Assembly: GCF_004010195.1 (NCBI RefSeq)
Contig: NC_057756.1
Coordinates: 1,639,703 to 1,703,702 of the forward strand
Length of the DNA stretch: 64,000 bases
Reading direction: 5' to 3'
DNA from: Chiloscyllium plagiosum
Taxonomy: Eukaryota
Both the position numbers and the translations under genes were made by a program. The notes below the pieces were generated by a model. It was not told where the DNA came from and ran no database searches. It saw only the letters and a list, made by a program, of their open reading frames with translations. Shown one piece after another: positions 51,342-64,000 of the stretch. Numbering within the stretch: the first letter of the stretch is position 1; every line of letters begins with the position of its first letter.

Positions 51342-52079
51342 TTTAGACAAACAGAAATCTGATTAGAAAACATGTTTTCGACAATATGTCCAATTTCAGA
51401 TATACATACATGTCACAGAGTTCATGAGTTCCTTATGCTTGGTTCTGTTGTTTTTTATTAGAACAAATGGCAACAGTCGTCTTCTGGATTGCGATTTCTT
51501 GAGCGCAAGTCAGATGGTTGTAGTATGAGAAAAATAAGTCGAAACGTCAGTGAGCATAATTTCCAAATCAACTACTTTTACCTTTTTCTTTTTGATTCTG
51601 ATTCTGTTCTATAAAAAAAAGATAAAGATAACAAGTTTATAAATTCTACACCAAAAATCGCGGCTCCCTATTAAATGTAAAGCTTAATTAGTGATTAAAT
51701 GTTGAGTTTTTGAATTTGTATTTCATCTGGTTCAACAATGGAAGGGCTATTGTACTTGCAGTAGTTGATTTCAGGATTTGATCCGGGATTTCAAGCATTT
51801 GCAAAGATAAACTTAATGCGACACAACGGGCATTCGATTTGATCAACAATGCAACATGTTCTTTACGACTTGTTGCATTTATTTCGAGGAGGGTCATTTA
51901 AAATGTTAGCTCGATTTAAAGCAGAAATTGCCTTTTTTGGCTATTGCAACAAAACGTTTTCTTTTTCCAGAAGTATATGTGAAGAAAAAGTTATATTTTA
52001 TAATTTTCGGAAATTATGTTTCTGGCAGTGGATTAAAACGAATAATAATTGCCCAGCGGACCAACAACCGTTTTTAGAT

Positions 52080-52390
52080 AGGAGAAAGTGAGGACTGCAG
52101 ATGCTGGAGAAACACAGCAGGCCAGGCATCATCCGAGGAGCAGGAGAATCGATGTTTCGGGCATAAGCCCTTCTTAAGGAATGAGACTGGTGTGCCAAGC
52201 GGGCTAAGACAAAGGGTAGGGGGAAAGGAATTTAGGGGAGGGGAGCTGCGAATAAGATAGGTGGAAGGAGGCGAGGGTGAGGGTTATAGGCCGGAGAGGG
52301 GGTGGGGGCGGTGAGGTCGGGAAGAAGATTGTCAGTCAAGAGGTCGGTGCTGAATCCGGGGGTTGGGACTGAAATAAGATGGGGGAGTTT
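52080..52390 (-). mobile_element. Penelope pseudo-LTR / 3' end
   Basis: Same terminal sequence as 39460 and 45470; hammerhead core mutated. Confidence 0.8.
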
Positions 52391-55015
52391 TGGAACCTTC
52401 CTATCAAATGTCTAGACAAATTTTAAAACAAGTATCTAATTTTTAGTACCATTATCGTGATTCCTTCTTGTACACTTTCCACCACCATCACATTATTTCT
52501 GAACTGTGGTGCACACAATCTCTGTTTCAAACGATACACGTAACGATATCAGACAATAAAACAACAAAGCTGTTGAGTCAGTTTATTAACTGAAGGCTGC
52601 ATTGGATGAGTTGCTCTGTCAGAAGCATCTTGAAACAGAAGGACTCATATGTGTTCCTATCATGTAACGAAATTATAATAACAATATGATTGCAATCTGA
52701 AAACATTCCCAGCCAAATGGTATGTCTTTGAATTTTCTCGATTTTCCTTAACTGTCCTGTTACAACAAAATGCACCAAGCTCGATATCAGCATGATCAAT
52801 TTCATGCTCCTCAGGAGACCTAAATGGACTTTCAATTCACTTCTTCTAATACCAGTTTAGCATTTCCATAATATCTATTAATTGTAATATCTATTGACTT
52901 CACGAAAAAATGCAGACGTGAGAATGTGTCTAAAACTTAGATTTTGTCTTGTCATACAAAGGCAACAGGCGTTTTCAGCATATTTAAACAACTTACCATT
53001 CTATTATAGGTCGTTGATCATCTTTATGTGTAAACGTTTAAGTTTTGTTTTCAGTTTCCTTGTTTAAAATAGTTACAACTCAATTTTGATTAAAAAACGT
53101 TATAATTGTCTCACAGATTAAACTATTCAAGAATGTCATCAACCAACACCACTTCAACAAAATTATTAACTTTTCTTCGAGACACCCATCATTACTATAC
53201 AGTAATTAAATAATTTACCGAAAATCTTGAGAAACAAATGTGTTGGATTTAAAAAAAAAGTTTTCGTGGCAAATTCATACTTTAAAATGTCCCCTGTTTG
53301 TACAATCCATTGAAGATGGTCGATAAGATTTTGGCTCATTGTCACCATTTCCCAAATTTTCCTCTGTTCACCAGTCTTCTAATGCTTGGTAGATTTTTTA
53401 TAATTTATCTTTCCGGGGATTCGTTAGATTTCGAAGATCTTTGAGCTGCACCATAAACAAATAGTTTCTTGTTCAGCACTCAATATATTTTACTGCCCAA
53501 TATTCGACTGCGTTTAAAAAATATTTAATTACCTGTTTCTTCCAACGAATCTTTCACCCTGGAGAGTTCTGGAAAGCAGAGAGAAGTGCATTTGCGAAGT
53601 GCTTTAATCTTTTTTGTTCCTCACGTATGGAATATGTACACCAAAGTACACGCATGTTTTCTACTTGCAATCAAATGGATTTTTCATAAGAGATGCTGCA
53701 CTCTACCTACATAATTCTGGAAAATGGAGAGGAGAGTTTCGGTACTTGATTTTATGTAACGCCTTTTTTTTCATTCTACAATCAGATTACTTTGAGATGT
53801 ATTGATGTAACACGCTACAAAATATTTGCTGACCGCCAAACTACCCATGTATCGAATTTTCCAGTTGATCACACAGAACAAAAAGTCAAATTCTGATGAC
53901 TGAAAAATTCAGAAATCGTATTGGAAATGAAATAAATATGACTCGATTAATTGCAGTTTTCAAGATTTCAAGGAGAGATAATAAGACAGATTGAAATCTC
54001 AGTTATTCGATGATTAAATTACTAAGGGCAAAGTGCGGTAATTACGTAGAAATCGTCACCTCACGGTACTTCTTCATCTCTTCACAAAATGTGACGTTTG
54101 TCCTTAGGCCTCTATTAGTTATCCATCTTTACTTGTCATTAAGGAGTAGATGCGGGCCCATAAACACGACATTGCAACTTGTCAACATATTGGGACAATC
54201 GTATTCGAAGAAATTACGATTTTTTCTGTATGACATAGTGGAGGAACGGCAAAATCATTTGAAGTGATAATGCACTTTGCCTTAGAGTGCCAGTCTAACA
54301 GACAGTTGATCTCGGAATTATTCACGTTTTGAGCATTGTAGGATTATGCTTTCATTCAAAAAGTGCAGCTACCTCTGACACAAACTGAATTGTATCTTAT
54401 TATCGTTGATAGATATTTGCACACATATATTTTGCTTTAAAATGCAAATGACAAGTAATACCGCGTGAGAAGGAGAAAGCACAATAACCTAAATTCATAG
54501 AAAGTTTTGAAGACATAAAAAAATCACATAGATAAAATCATGACGTGCTCTAAAACGGGCAGGTAGAAGAAAGCAAACAGTCCCAAGCATTTGATAATGG
54601 GAGAGCACTGTTTCGAGACAACTGTCAACTCAAAGCAATTTTTTTAAAGGAGGAATGTTTCCACCTAACAATTGATCATGATCAATGAGAATGGTGAATA
54701 TTGAGGATTCTTTTATTCATAGGGATTGCACCAGTGTGAACTGGGAAAGAGAAGCACGATTCCGATCATTCCATCAGGGAAAGATGCTTAGCTCGCAGTT
54801 ATGCACACCAATAATCTATATACTGGGAACGTACTTCAATGGAACATCACTAACATAGAGGAAATTATTCCATATTGAGAGGTTGGGTGAGAGTGATTCG
54901 AGTTACAAAAATTAATAATGGAGTGAGAGACGGATGATAAACTTTCTATTTGGCCAAGCTACTTTACCTAATGTGACGTGCGAATTTGTTCACACTTATT
55001 GGAAATAGCAAAGTA

Positions 55016-55332
55016 ACGGTGCTAACAGTGGTTAGCACTGTTGCCTCACAGCGCCAGAGACCCGGGTTCAATTCCCGCTTCAGGCAACTGACTGTGTGGA
55101 TTTGCACGTTCTCCCCGTGTCTGCGTGGGTTTCCTCCGGGCGCTCCGGTTTCCTCCCACAGTCCAAAGATGTGCAGGTCAGGTGAATTGGCCATGCTAAA
55201 TTGCCCGTAGTGTTAGGTATAGGGGTAAATGTAGAGGTATGAGTGGGTTGTGCTTCGTCGGGTCGGTGTGGACTTGTTGGGCCGAAGGGCCTGTTTCCAC
55301 ACTGTAATCTAATCTAATCTAATCTAATCTAA
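55016..55332 (+). mobile_element. HE1-like tRNA-derived SINE, full length
   Basis: A box (ggtgctaacagtgg), B box (ggttcaattcc), CR1-like 3' end gggccgaagggcctgtttcc, (aatct)n tail. Confidence 0.9.
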
Positions 55333-55689
55333 ATATATCCCAGTAGCAAAGCGGCTGGGGCTAGGGGAGTTTTACGGAAGAAAATGCAAAATATCTATGC
55401 ACAACACTTCCCTCTCACAGAAGAAATAGAAGATATGAATAGAATGTCAGAGTGCGCCATGTCGTAACCCAGAAAACAATATTAAGAAATGAGAGGTATG
55501 AGCCAAAGAATTGCATTCAAAAACAAGGAAGAAATGCGAACATAATAACAAAAGATATAAAAGCAGTATTACACATTTCTGGTCCATTGAGTCTGCTCGA
55601 TCAATCCTTCAAAGGCTGGTATTTTGTATACCACATTTTCCTACCTTCTTCCATACCGCTCGATACACTTTCTTATTAGTAATCGGGAT

Positions 55690-56900
55690 ATCTTTGTGTT
55701 AAATGGTTTCAAAGACCTGTCCTCCACAGCCCTCTGTGGCAATAAGTTCTAGAGACTCTCCAACTTCTGATTGAAGACATTCTTCATCATATTACTTCTA
55801 ACCGTCGATTTCTCATTCTAATCCTGCTCATTTTTTCACTACTGACCATGCCATAGAGTCTTCGCATTTCCTGCTAATGGAAACATGTTTTCCACGTTCA
55901 CTCTATTCATGCCTTTGACTATTCTGTATTATTCAATGAGATCCCACTGCATGCTTCTAAACTGCATTGAATACCGACTCAGGATCCTGAACAGCTCCTC
56001 ACATGAAAAGTCCTTCATGCTACAAGATCATTCTTTTAATTCTCTTCTGTAGTTCTTCCAACGTCTGCACATCATTCCTCAGATAAGAAGTCTAAAATGT
56101 CTTAGAATATTCCAAATGCAGGCTGACTAGCGCTTTATTTAGCTTCAGCACCACGTCGCTCTCTCGTATTCTAGTCCATTTGAAATGAATGCTGACATTG
56201 TATTTGCCTTCTGAACGGCCGTCTGATCTACACACAACCTTTAAAAGACTACTTATTTATAATCTTTAAACCCAGTCGTACTTCAGATCTCAGAAGCCTT
56301 TCCTCATTTATCATACAGTCTACACCACCGGGTTTACTACCAAAATGCATAAACATCTAATAATCCACATTGCGAAGCAGTTGGCATTTGTTTGCCGTCT
56401 CTCCTAGCCTGTCCATATCTGTCTGCAGGCATCCCACCTTCATCAAAATTATCTCCTTTTCCATCTACCTTTCCAAACTTGGGCGCAATTCTGTCAGAAA
56501 ATTTGTCCAGAACAATAATATATAATGTGACTTGCTGTGGTCCCATTACTGACACCTGTGGAAATCCACTTGTCACCCCTGGCAACTTGTCCTCACTCTT
56601 TGCCTTCTGCAAGTCCGCTAATCCTTTACCCATGTCAGTAGCTTTCCTCTACCTTGCTCTTGTATTATAAAACAACATCCTGTGCAGGCTCTTTTCAAAG
56701 GTCTTGCTCATTACGATCTCGAAGTATTCAAACATATTCGGCAGGCATGCGCTCAACTTGATAAAGCCTTACTGACTCAGCCCTACTTGCCATGTACATA
56801 TAAGTGTTTCATAATCTCAGACTGAATAATGCACTTTAAACGCTTAGCAATGATTCAGGTTAATATAATTTACTTATCTTTTCCTATCTGTTGCCTCCTT
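55690..56900 (-). mobile_element. Old CR1 fragment
   Basis: VTSGFPQVSVMGPQ (decayed GVPQGSVLGP). Confidence 0.7.
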
Positions 56901-57093
56901 TACGTCTGAATCCGAAATTTCACTGCTATGTATGCAGTTGGGGAATGAATGCAGCCCTTTTTAAGACAGTGGTTTAGAGTGGTGCAAGCAGAATATTGGG
57001 TCGATCTAGCTTTTAAATCGTTTAACAAATTCTTCCTGGTTTACGCTCTACAAGCCTACCTCATGGGCTATTTGTAATTTATAAGTTGACCTA

Positions 57094-57705
57094 ACGGTGA
57101 TATGGTGTTTCAGTGGTTAACACTGCTGCCTTACAGCACCAGGAACCTGGTTTCGATTCATGCCTCGGGTGACTGTGTTGAGTTTGCACATTCTCCCTGT
57201 GTCTGCAAGGGTATCCTTCAGGTGTTCCGGTTTTCTCCCACAATCCAAAGATGTGACTATATGAATTAGCCATGCTTAATTGCCATAGTCATGGGTGAAT
57301 ACGGGGTAGGGAAATGGGTTTGGGTGGGTTAGTCTTCGAAGTGTCGATGTGGATCTGTTGGGCTGAAGGTCCTGTTTCCATATCAGGTCAGCACGATCGC
57401 TCATTTGCAGGCACTGCCGCCTTCAAGAGCCACGGACCCGGATTTGATTTCCACCTTGGGTGACTGCTTGTGTAGAGTTCTCACATTCTCCCAGTGTCTG
57501 TGTGGGTTTCCTCCAGGTGCACCCGTTTTCTCCCACATTTGCGGGTCAGGTGAACTGGTCATGCTAAATCGTCCATAGTGTCACATGCATTAGTCAGGGG
57601 TAAATATGGGGAATGGCTATGGGTGGGAAGACTGTTCAGAGGGTCGGTGTGTACTTGTTGGGCCGAAGGGCCTGTTTCCATGCTGGGGGGAATCTAACTT
57701 AATCT
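57094..57705 (+). mobile_element. Two tandem HE1-like SINEs (57094-57381, 57388-57705)
   Basis: Each has A/B boxes and a body like 55016-55332. Confidence 0.85.
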
Positions 57706-57736
57706 TAATAAATCGTGACAAGGCTGATTCGAGACC

Positions 57737-58262
57737 ACATGTTTGAATTATGTACAGTTCTGGTCCATATATTTCGGATAGGATGTGCAAGCATTGGAAA
57801 AGATGCAGAGGAGATTTACCAGGATGTTGCCTGGTCTGCAGGGAAGGTCCTATGAGGAAAGACTGAGAGACTTGTATCTGGTCTCATTGGAAAGAAGAAG
57901 GCTAAGAAGTAATTTGATGGAGACATAAAAGGTGATCGGAGGATTACCTAGGGTAGACAGTGAAAGTCTTTTCCCTAGGATGATGACGTCAGCTTGTACG
58001 AGGAGGCATAACTACAAATTGAGGGGTGATAGATTTAAGACAGATGTTAGAGGGAGGTTCTTAACGCAGAGAGGGGTAAGGGCGTGGATGCCCTATTTGC
58101 TAACATAGTCAACTCAGCCACATTAGGGAGATTTAAACAATCCTAAAATAAGCTCATGGATGATGATGGAATAGTGCAGGGGGACGAACTGAGAATAGTT
58201 CACAGTTTGTGCAACATCGAGGGCTGAAGTACCTGTTCTGTGCTATATTGTTCTATGTTCTA
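57737..58262 (+). mobile_element. CR1 3' fragment
   Basis: [26 protein letters not shown]; ttctatg tail. Confidence 0.85.
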
Positions 58263-58329
58263 TCTGTGTCTTACCATGATTATGGGAACGAAATGCGCCG
58301 ATTTAGCTTCCTCTAGACGTTACAAAACG

Positions 58330-61300
58330 CGATATGGAGGAGGCACTGTGGTGGATTTGCTGAAACCAGATCAAAGTATCGAAGGAAGCAGTCATGAAGT
58401 ATTTCCACCTCAGTTCCTTCCAGCAAAAATGGGTGTTCACTGGGAATGAATCGAGTGTGGTGGTTGTGAGGGGACACGTGCTGCAGTCAACGGTTGGGTA
58501 GGTAATACGTACCCGACTGAAATTTCTGCAGAAAGCATCACTGATGACACTCGAGTTGCCATCAGCCACTATCTGCCTAAAATCAAATGGCCGGACCAAT
58601 TCATGAACATGGAAAACATGGAATGATGAGACCATGTGACAAAAGACTGGAAGTTGGATTCTGTACCCCTCAGGTTATAAAATTTAATTGAAGGCAAAAA
58701 GAAAGTTGCTTCCTGCACAACTGGGAGCAAGACAATAATGATGGTTAGGAATTTTTTATGCAACTAGAGAAACACTTCAGAGAGTTCTGTTAAGAACCAT
58801 ATTGGAAAGTCATTTTGAACGAACACCATCGATGTTTGCCGACCGTTGCATTTTCACAACCAGGAACATCAGGAAGTTGCCTTCATCGCCCAATCATGAC
58901 CAGAACGTATTATTAATTGGTTAGCATGTCATTGCACATTCAAGGAATTCCTCCGGAATGCCTCAGGGGATCGGTTGAATCGTTGTCTCTTCTATGTAAG
59001 AACTCAACGGAAGCTGCAAGCAAAGAGAGGCCTGGATTTCAAGGCACCTTTTGAAATCACTCGTTCGCTCGAGCTGGCAGCCAGTGAAGCAACATAGTCC
59101 AATGTCAGACGCACGCAGAAGTGTTAGTTCCGAAGAGTGTGCTACAAACAGCAGAAAAAACGCTGATGTGGCGAGTCTGACTACAAGTAGTAAATATGTT
59201 GGACTCGAGAGCTCAGTGCAAAAACCACAAAGACAAAATTGCCAAAGTTACAACCAAAACAAGACAAGGGAAGGTAGATATAAACAATCCCGATTAAAAT
59301 ACATAATGTATAAGTCACCAGCCATGAAGGAAACAAGGAGTTATGTGGGGCAGCAGAAGAAGCAGAAGGTCCAGAGCCGGAAAACTATTCATTAAGCATA
59401 TGGTCACTATGGGCTGACGTTAGTTGTTTCTGACGTCTTCACAAATAAATGAGCAATGCAACTTTATATTCCAGCAGTGATTTCCCAGATCCCTTCATCA
59501 GCCTATTGGGAGAGGTTACAGGCATTGCTAAAGAAGGCTGTCAAGGATATGGATAAACGTGAGCCAGCATTGTCGTTGAGCTGCTATGTACTGGTGAAAG
59601 CATGTTTAAGGATTGGAGTACAGAAATGCCAGTGTGCGTGTTAAAGGCGAATACACTGTACAATCTTGTCACTCCTAATTAAAAAAAAACAGTTCAGTTG
59701 GGTGTGTTTAATATTTTAGAAGATTCAAACATGAGTTTGCAAGAAATCATGTAAAACTGCAAACATACCTACAGGTGAACCCTGCAGGAAAGAAAGGAAA
59801 CTAAAGTACAACAAAGCTGGAGACTCTTCCGAAGAATCTAAAGGCCTGTCCAATACTGTGTTGCATTAGTTCAAAGTGAAGGTGGAACTGCAATATCGGT
59901 GAATCTGGGACCCTGTGGCATTACAATCGCCTTTCCTTTTGCATCACATTAGCATTGGCTCTATTCCAAAATGCCATAAAGTAAATTCTAATTTTGTTGA
60001 CTGGATTCCAATGTTATTTGGACAATACTTTAGTTATTATTTCCTCCAAACAAGTGTATGTAAGAAACCTCGATGAATCTCAAAAAAGGTTTTGCAGGAG
60101 CAAGACCCAAAAGTAAAAATGGAGAGATGCAAGTTTTCTTTTTTCTTGAGGAATTTGAAGGCGCCCAGAAAGATTGATCAAGAATGTAGTGAGATCAAAG
60201 AATACGTCTCAACTGGTCTGGCAAACCCTCTAAAACTCTTGCATAGATTCATAGGTTTATACAATTTGGAAGTAGACATTTTGGTCCAACTAGACCATTC
60301 TGACGAGATATCCTAAACTGAAATAATTCAATATGTTTCCTTTTGGCCCATATTTATTTCATAATCGTCTACACGTCCAAAAGTACTTTCAGTGTGAGAA
60401 TTGCATCTTCTTCTACCATTTCCCATACACACGCCAGCTTCTGTGCGAATATGTTGTCACTTCGGTCTTTTAAAGTCTTTCCTATTTCACGTCAAATAAT
60501 TTGTCCTGTAATTTGAATTCACATACCTCGAAAAAGACCTCCATCATGAACCATATTTATCACCCTAATGATTTTACAAGTCTCTATCAGGTCACCAACA
60601 CCTCCAAACCCCTTGTAGTTTTTCAACAACCTTTCTATAACATGATGATCATAATTGCACGTAGTATTCTAAAAGTGGCCACACCAAGTAATAATAATAT
60701 CAAGCATCTTCTTCATCACCCTCTCTCCCTGCAAAGCCAATGTCAAGGTACTATGGAGTTATTGTCCTCGGTCTTCTGTTCAAAAACAGTCCTCAGGACC
60801 GACCATTAATTGTGTAAGTCCTGCTTTTTTCTACCATACCAAAACACAACGCTTCACTTTTGTTTTTCTAAATTAGCTTATATCTGCCAGTTGTTGGTCC
60901 ATTCGCCCACATGGTCAAATTCGCGTTGTACTCTGAGATAGCCTTCTACCCAGTCCATTAGGCGAAAATTGCTGTCATCCACAATATTACTAACCATGCT
61001 TCCTTCATTCTCACCCAATTCGTTGATGTAAATTATGAACAACAGCTGATCAAAATAATTAATCCTTGAACGAACTGCTTTGGGAAAGGTTGTCCGTGAA
61101 AATGGAACGTGGATTGTGAGGAGACTTCCGAGAAAATGAAGCAAGCCTTAAAAGGCCTGAATTGTCAATTCATCTAGGCCGGAAGTTAACACTAGAATTA
61201 ACATTTGTCTCCTTGCATTCAGGGGTTGACGCTGCAATGTCTACATCTTACTGGATGGAGAGGAAACCCATCGCATTATACTCGAGATTAGATGGGAGTA

Positions 61301-62100
61301 AGGCCCAAGTCGAAAACAAATAATTGGGCAGATATCTCGGCGTTAAGAAGTTCTCCCCTTCACTTTACAGCAGACAGTTTGTGCTGCTGACCGACCAGAG
61401 GTTGCTCACTTCGACTTTTGGACATGGTATGAAGATAACATCATTGCCTGAATAAATGAAGAAAAAAATAACCCAAACATTGCTTTAAAATAACTCAACA
61501 GCTCTGGCAGCATGTGTGGAGAAAATGGCGACAGAACGACTGTAGAAATGGGCACTGACTTTTCAGTCCACTCATATCACATAAGGTACCGACAAGCAGT
61601 GAAATATGGCAATGCATATGCCTTGTCCAGGCTAAACAACCACCGAGTACCGATGTCCCTGAATGGGACTTGAAAGTTACGGACCACTGCCGAAAACATA
61701 TGGCATCACTTTCAGCAGATAAGCTTCTGAGAACCCAGTTTGCAGCCAAGTCGTGGACCCAGTCTTGTGAGGTAGCACCACATATCGAAACCCCGCGGCA
61801 TTAAGTCTTTTTCTGTCGCGGTCGGCAGTAGACGGATGTTTAATGTGGGCATGAAACTTGTCAATCCTCCTCGTTCAGAGGCGAGTTGCTGTAGCATATG
61901 TATGACGGGCACCCTGGCGTCGTGTGAAAGACTTAACTAACAAGGAAGTATTTTTGCTTGCTGACTGTAGACGCGGAGATCAGGAGAAAGCGTGATCATG
62001 TGAATCCTGGAAATTTGGAAGTTAGCCATCTCTAAAGTCGTCTCTTCAAACATGGGAATGATCACGATTTCTTAAAACAGCAGAGGGATGGTTGTTACAA
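58330..62100 (+). mobile_element. Possible highly decayed Gypsy-like internal region, with a minus-strand CR1 fragment at ~60370-61050
   Basis: RNase H-like traces near 61220-61420 (GVDA, AQVE.K, FVLLTDQ); CR1 LLFIIYINEL...NIVDDS on the minus strand. Confidence 0.4.
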
Positions 62101-62149
62101 GTGGTCTCAGATGCTCAGTTCAAGGTGTCCAAGCGAGCTGTTCTATTAT

Positions 62150-63050
62150 TTATCTCATTGGAAAGAACATTCGATCAAGTGGATGAAACATTTGCCAGGC
62201 TTGGGAACTCTGGACAATTTTTGAATGCTAGACAGAGTATTGTTTAGATTAATTGAATATGTTGCATTTCAGTGCGGCAAAACGGGGTATGAATTATAGT
62301 CAGTGGTAGGGCCCTGGGCAGTGTAACAGAACAAAGATATGTACGGGTAGAGGATTAGAGCTCCATGGATATGGAGTCACGGAAACACAGTGTGGCGAAG
62401 AAGCCTTTGGAATGCTTGTGTTCATCACTCTGAGCATTGGTGTCGGAGTTTGGAAGTCTTTTTTGCAGCTATAAGAGAGTTGGTGAGGCCATATTTGAAT
62501 ATTGTGTGCAGTTCTGATAGGCCTCCTGGAAAAAGGATGTTGTTAAACTCGAAAGAGTGCAGGCAAAAAAATAACTCGAATGCTAACTCAAGTGGAAGGT
62601 GCGAGTTATAAGAACAGGTTGGGTAGGCTGGATCTGTATTTTTTCCCTGCATCGTAGGACACTGAGTGCTAAAATTATAGAGGCCTACAAAATTCATGAG
62701 AGGCGAAGATAATGTCGATACCCAACATTTTTTCGCTGTGATAGGGGAGAGTAAAACCGAGGACATTTTTTTAATGTGACATGGCAGGGGTATAAAAGGA
62801 ATAGATGTGCAACGTTTTCACAATCAGTGTGATGAGTGTTTGGACCGGGCTGCTAGAAGTAGTGATAGACACAAGTACTCTTTCGTTAATTAAGAAACAT
62901 TTAGTCAGGTACGTGGAAGGAATAGGTATGATGGGATATTAAACAAACACAGACAAATGTGATGAGTTTAATTATGAATATAGGACTGCAAGGGGCAGTT
63001 GAGCAAAGGGGGCTCTTTCCATATGTAAACCTTTATGGCTTTATGATGAA
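62150..63050 (+). mobile_element. Old CR1 3' fragment
   Basis: ELVRPYLNIVCS-like segment and decayed 3'UTR. Confidence 0.7.
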
Positions 63051-63402
63051 GAGACTGTCATCTAGAAAGCACTATCCGCTAAAATAATACTCATGTCAAT
63101 GTTGACTCGAAAAGCAACTGCTTGCTTGAGAAGGAAGATTGGTCACTCGCATTTGTTTTCCATGATTCTGCAAACATTCCTGATTTTGCACATATGTTGG
63201 TTTCGATGCCTGTATGACATTTACAATGGTTGTTGACATGTTCAATAATGGGAGGTTTTAAACTAAAGAAAAGATTGTTACGTACGTTGTTTGTGGTGTG
63301 CACTGATATATAAATGGAATATTGAATCAGTCTCTGTCTGATTGTGTACCTGTAGAGACAAATAATAAATTGCTTCTGGTTCAATCACTTCAGGCTTACA
63401 TC

Positions 63403-64000
63403 GTTGTGTATGAAGATGTGGGTGTACTGCACCTTTAAGAAAGATAAAGGTTTTCAGAACTATGTGACAGCACCAAGTGTTCTGAACAAGAAATAATGTA
63501 CGCTTTAGGTCCAGCTTTTAGTGTATCTGGTTGCCTGGAGAAAAAAAAAATTCGAATTCGTTCAATCAGTTTAAATTATACCCCAAAATACAAACTCCAA
63601 TCAAGACTGAATTTAATATATTGAATATATTACAAACAAATAACACAACCCGACGTTTTGAGAGTATAAGTCGGGGGAAAATGAGCAGCTGGAAGAGAAG
63701 TGTCAAAAGACCAACAGATGCAGGTTGCTACTCAGAACACTCTGTTAAGTACCAGTCTAGAGAAGAAGCTTGCTTTGAGAAAAAAACATCAACACCAACC
63801 CGGAGGGCAAATCTCCAGAGGAAGATAAAGGCAAGATTCGACCGCTGGCTATTTGGAAATTTGAACTTTTCAGTAAACTTTAATTGGGGTTTGGACTAGT
63901 ACTATAGAAGGGAACGTGAGAGAGGTCAGATGAAGGAAGTTATAAATAGTAGTTAGTTAATTATTCTCCGTTATACTGTAAGAAATAAAGGCATTATTTA
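63403..64000. mobile_element. Possible LTR running off the window end
   Basis: Change in sequence character after ~63400; no terminus pair visible. Confidence 0.3.

Noticed and set aside
55016..55080. tRNA gene
   Set aside because: The A/B boxes belong to a SINE head followed by a SINE body and tail; several copies occur in the window.

Overview
Vertebrate genomic DNA, most likely from an elasmobranch (shark or ray). This rests on HE1-type tRNA-derived SINEs with CR1-like tails, abundant CR1 LINEs and Penelope-like elements. The one recognisable intact gene is a minus-strand six-finger C2H2 zinc-finger gene (CDS 174-887), with a candidate CpG-rich promoter and non-coding first exon near 3.05-3.27 kb. 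Most of the rest is transposon-derived: nested CR1 LINEs, a decayed Gmr1-like Gypsy element with both LTRs (17843-23892) interrupted by a Rex1/Babar LINE, solo LTRs, SINEs, and Penelope-like elements carrying minimal hammerhead ribozyme motifs. There are three assembly gaps. The exactly 500-N gap separates a GC-richer left part from an AT-rich right part. The main unexplained signal is a locally duplicated, diverged, non-coding unit at about 12-16.5 kb (two near-complete and two partial copies). It has a near-invariant core, and its helices are kept between copies by G-U and compensatory changes on the minus strand, so it is a candidate undescribed structured RNA or a duplicated enhancer. All alignments were done by eye and element boundaries are approximate.
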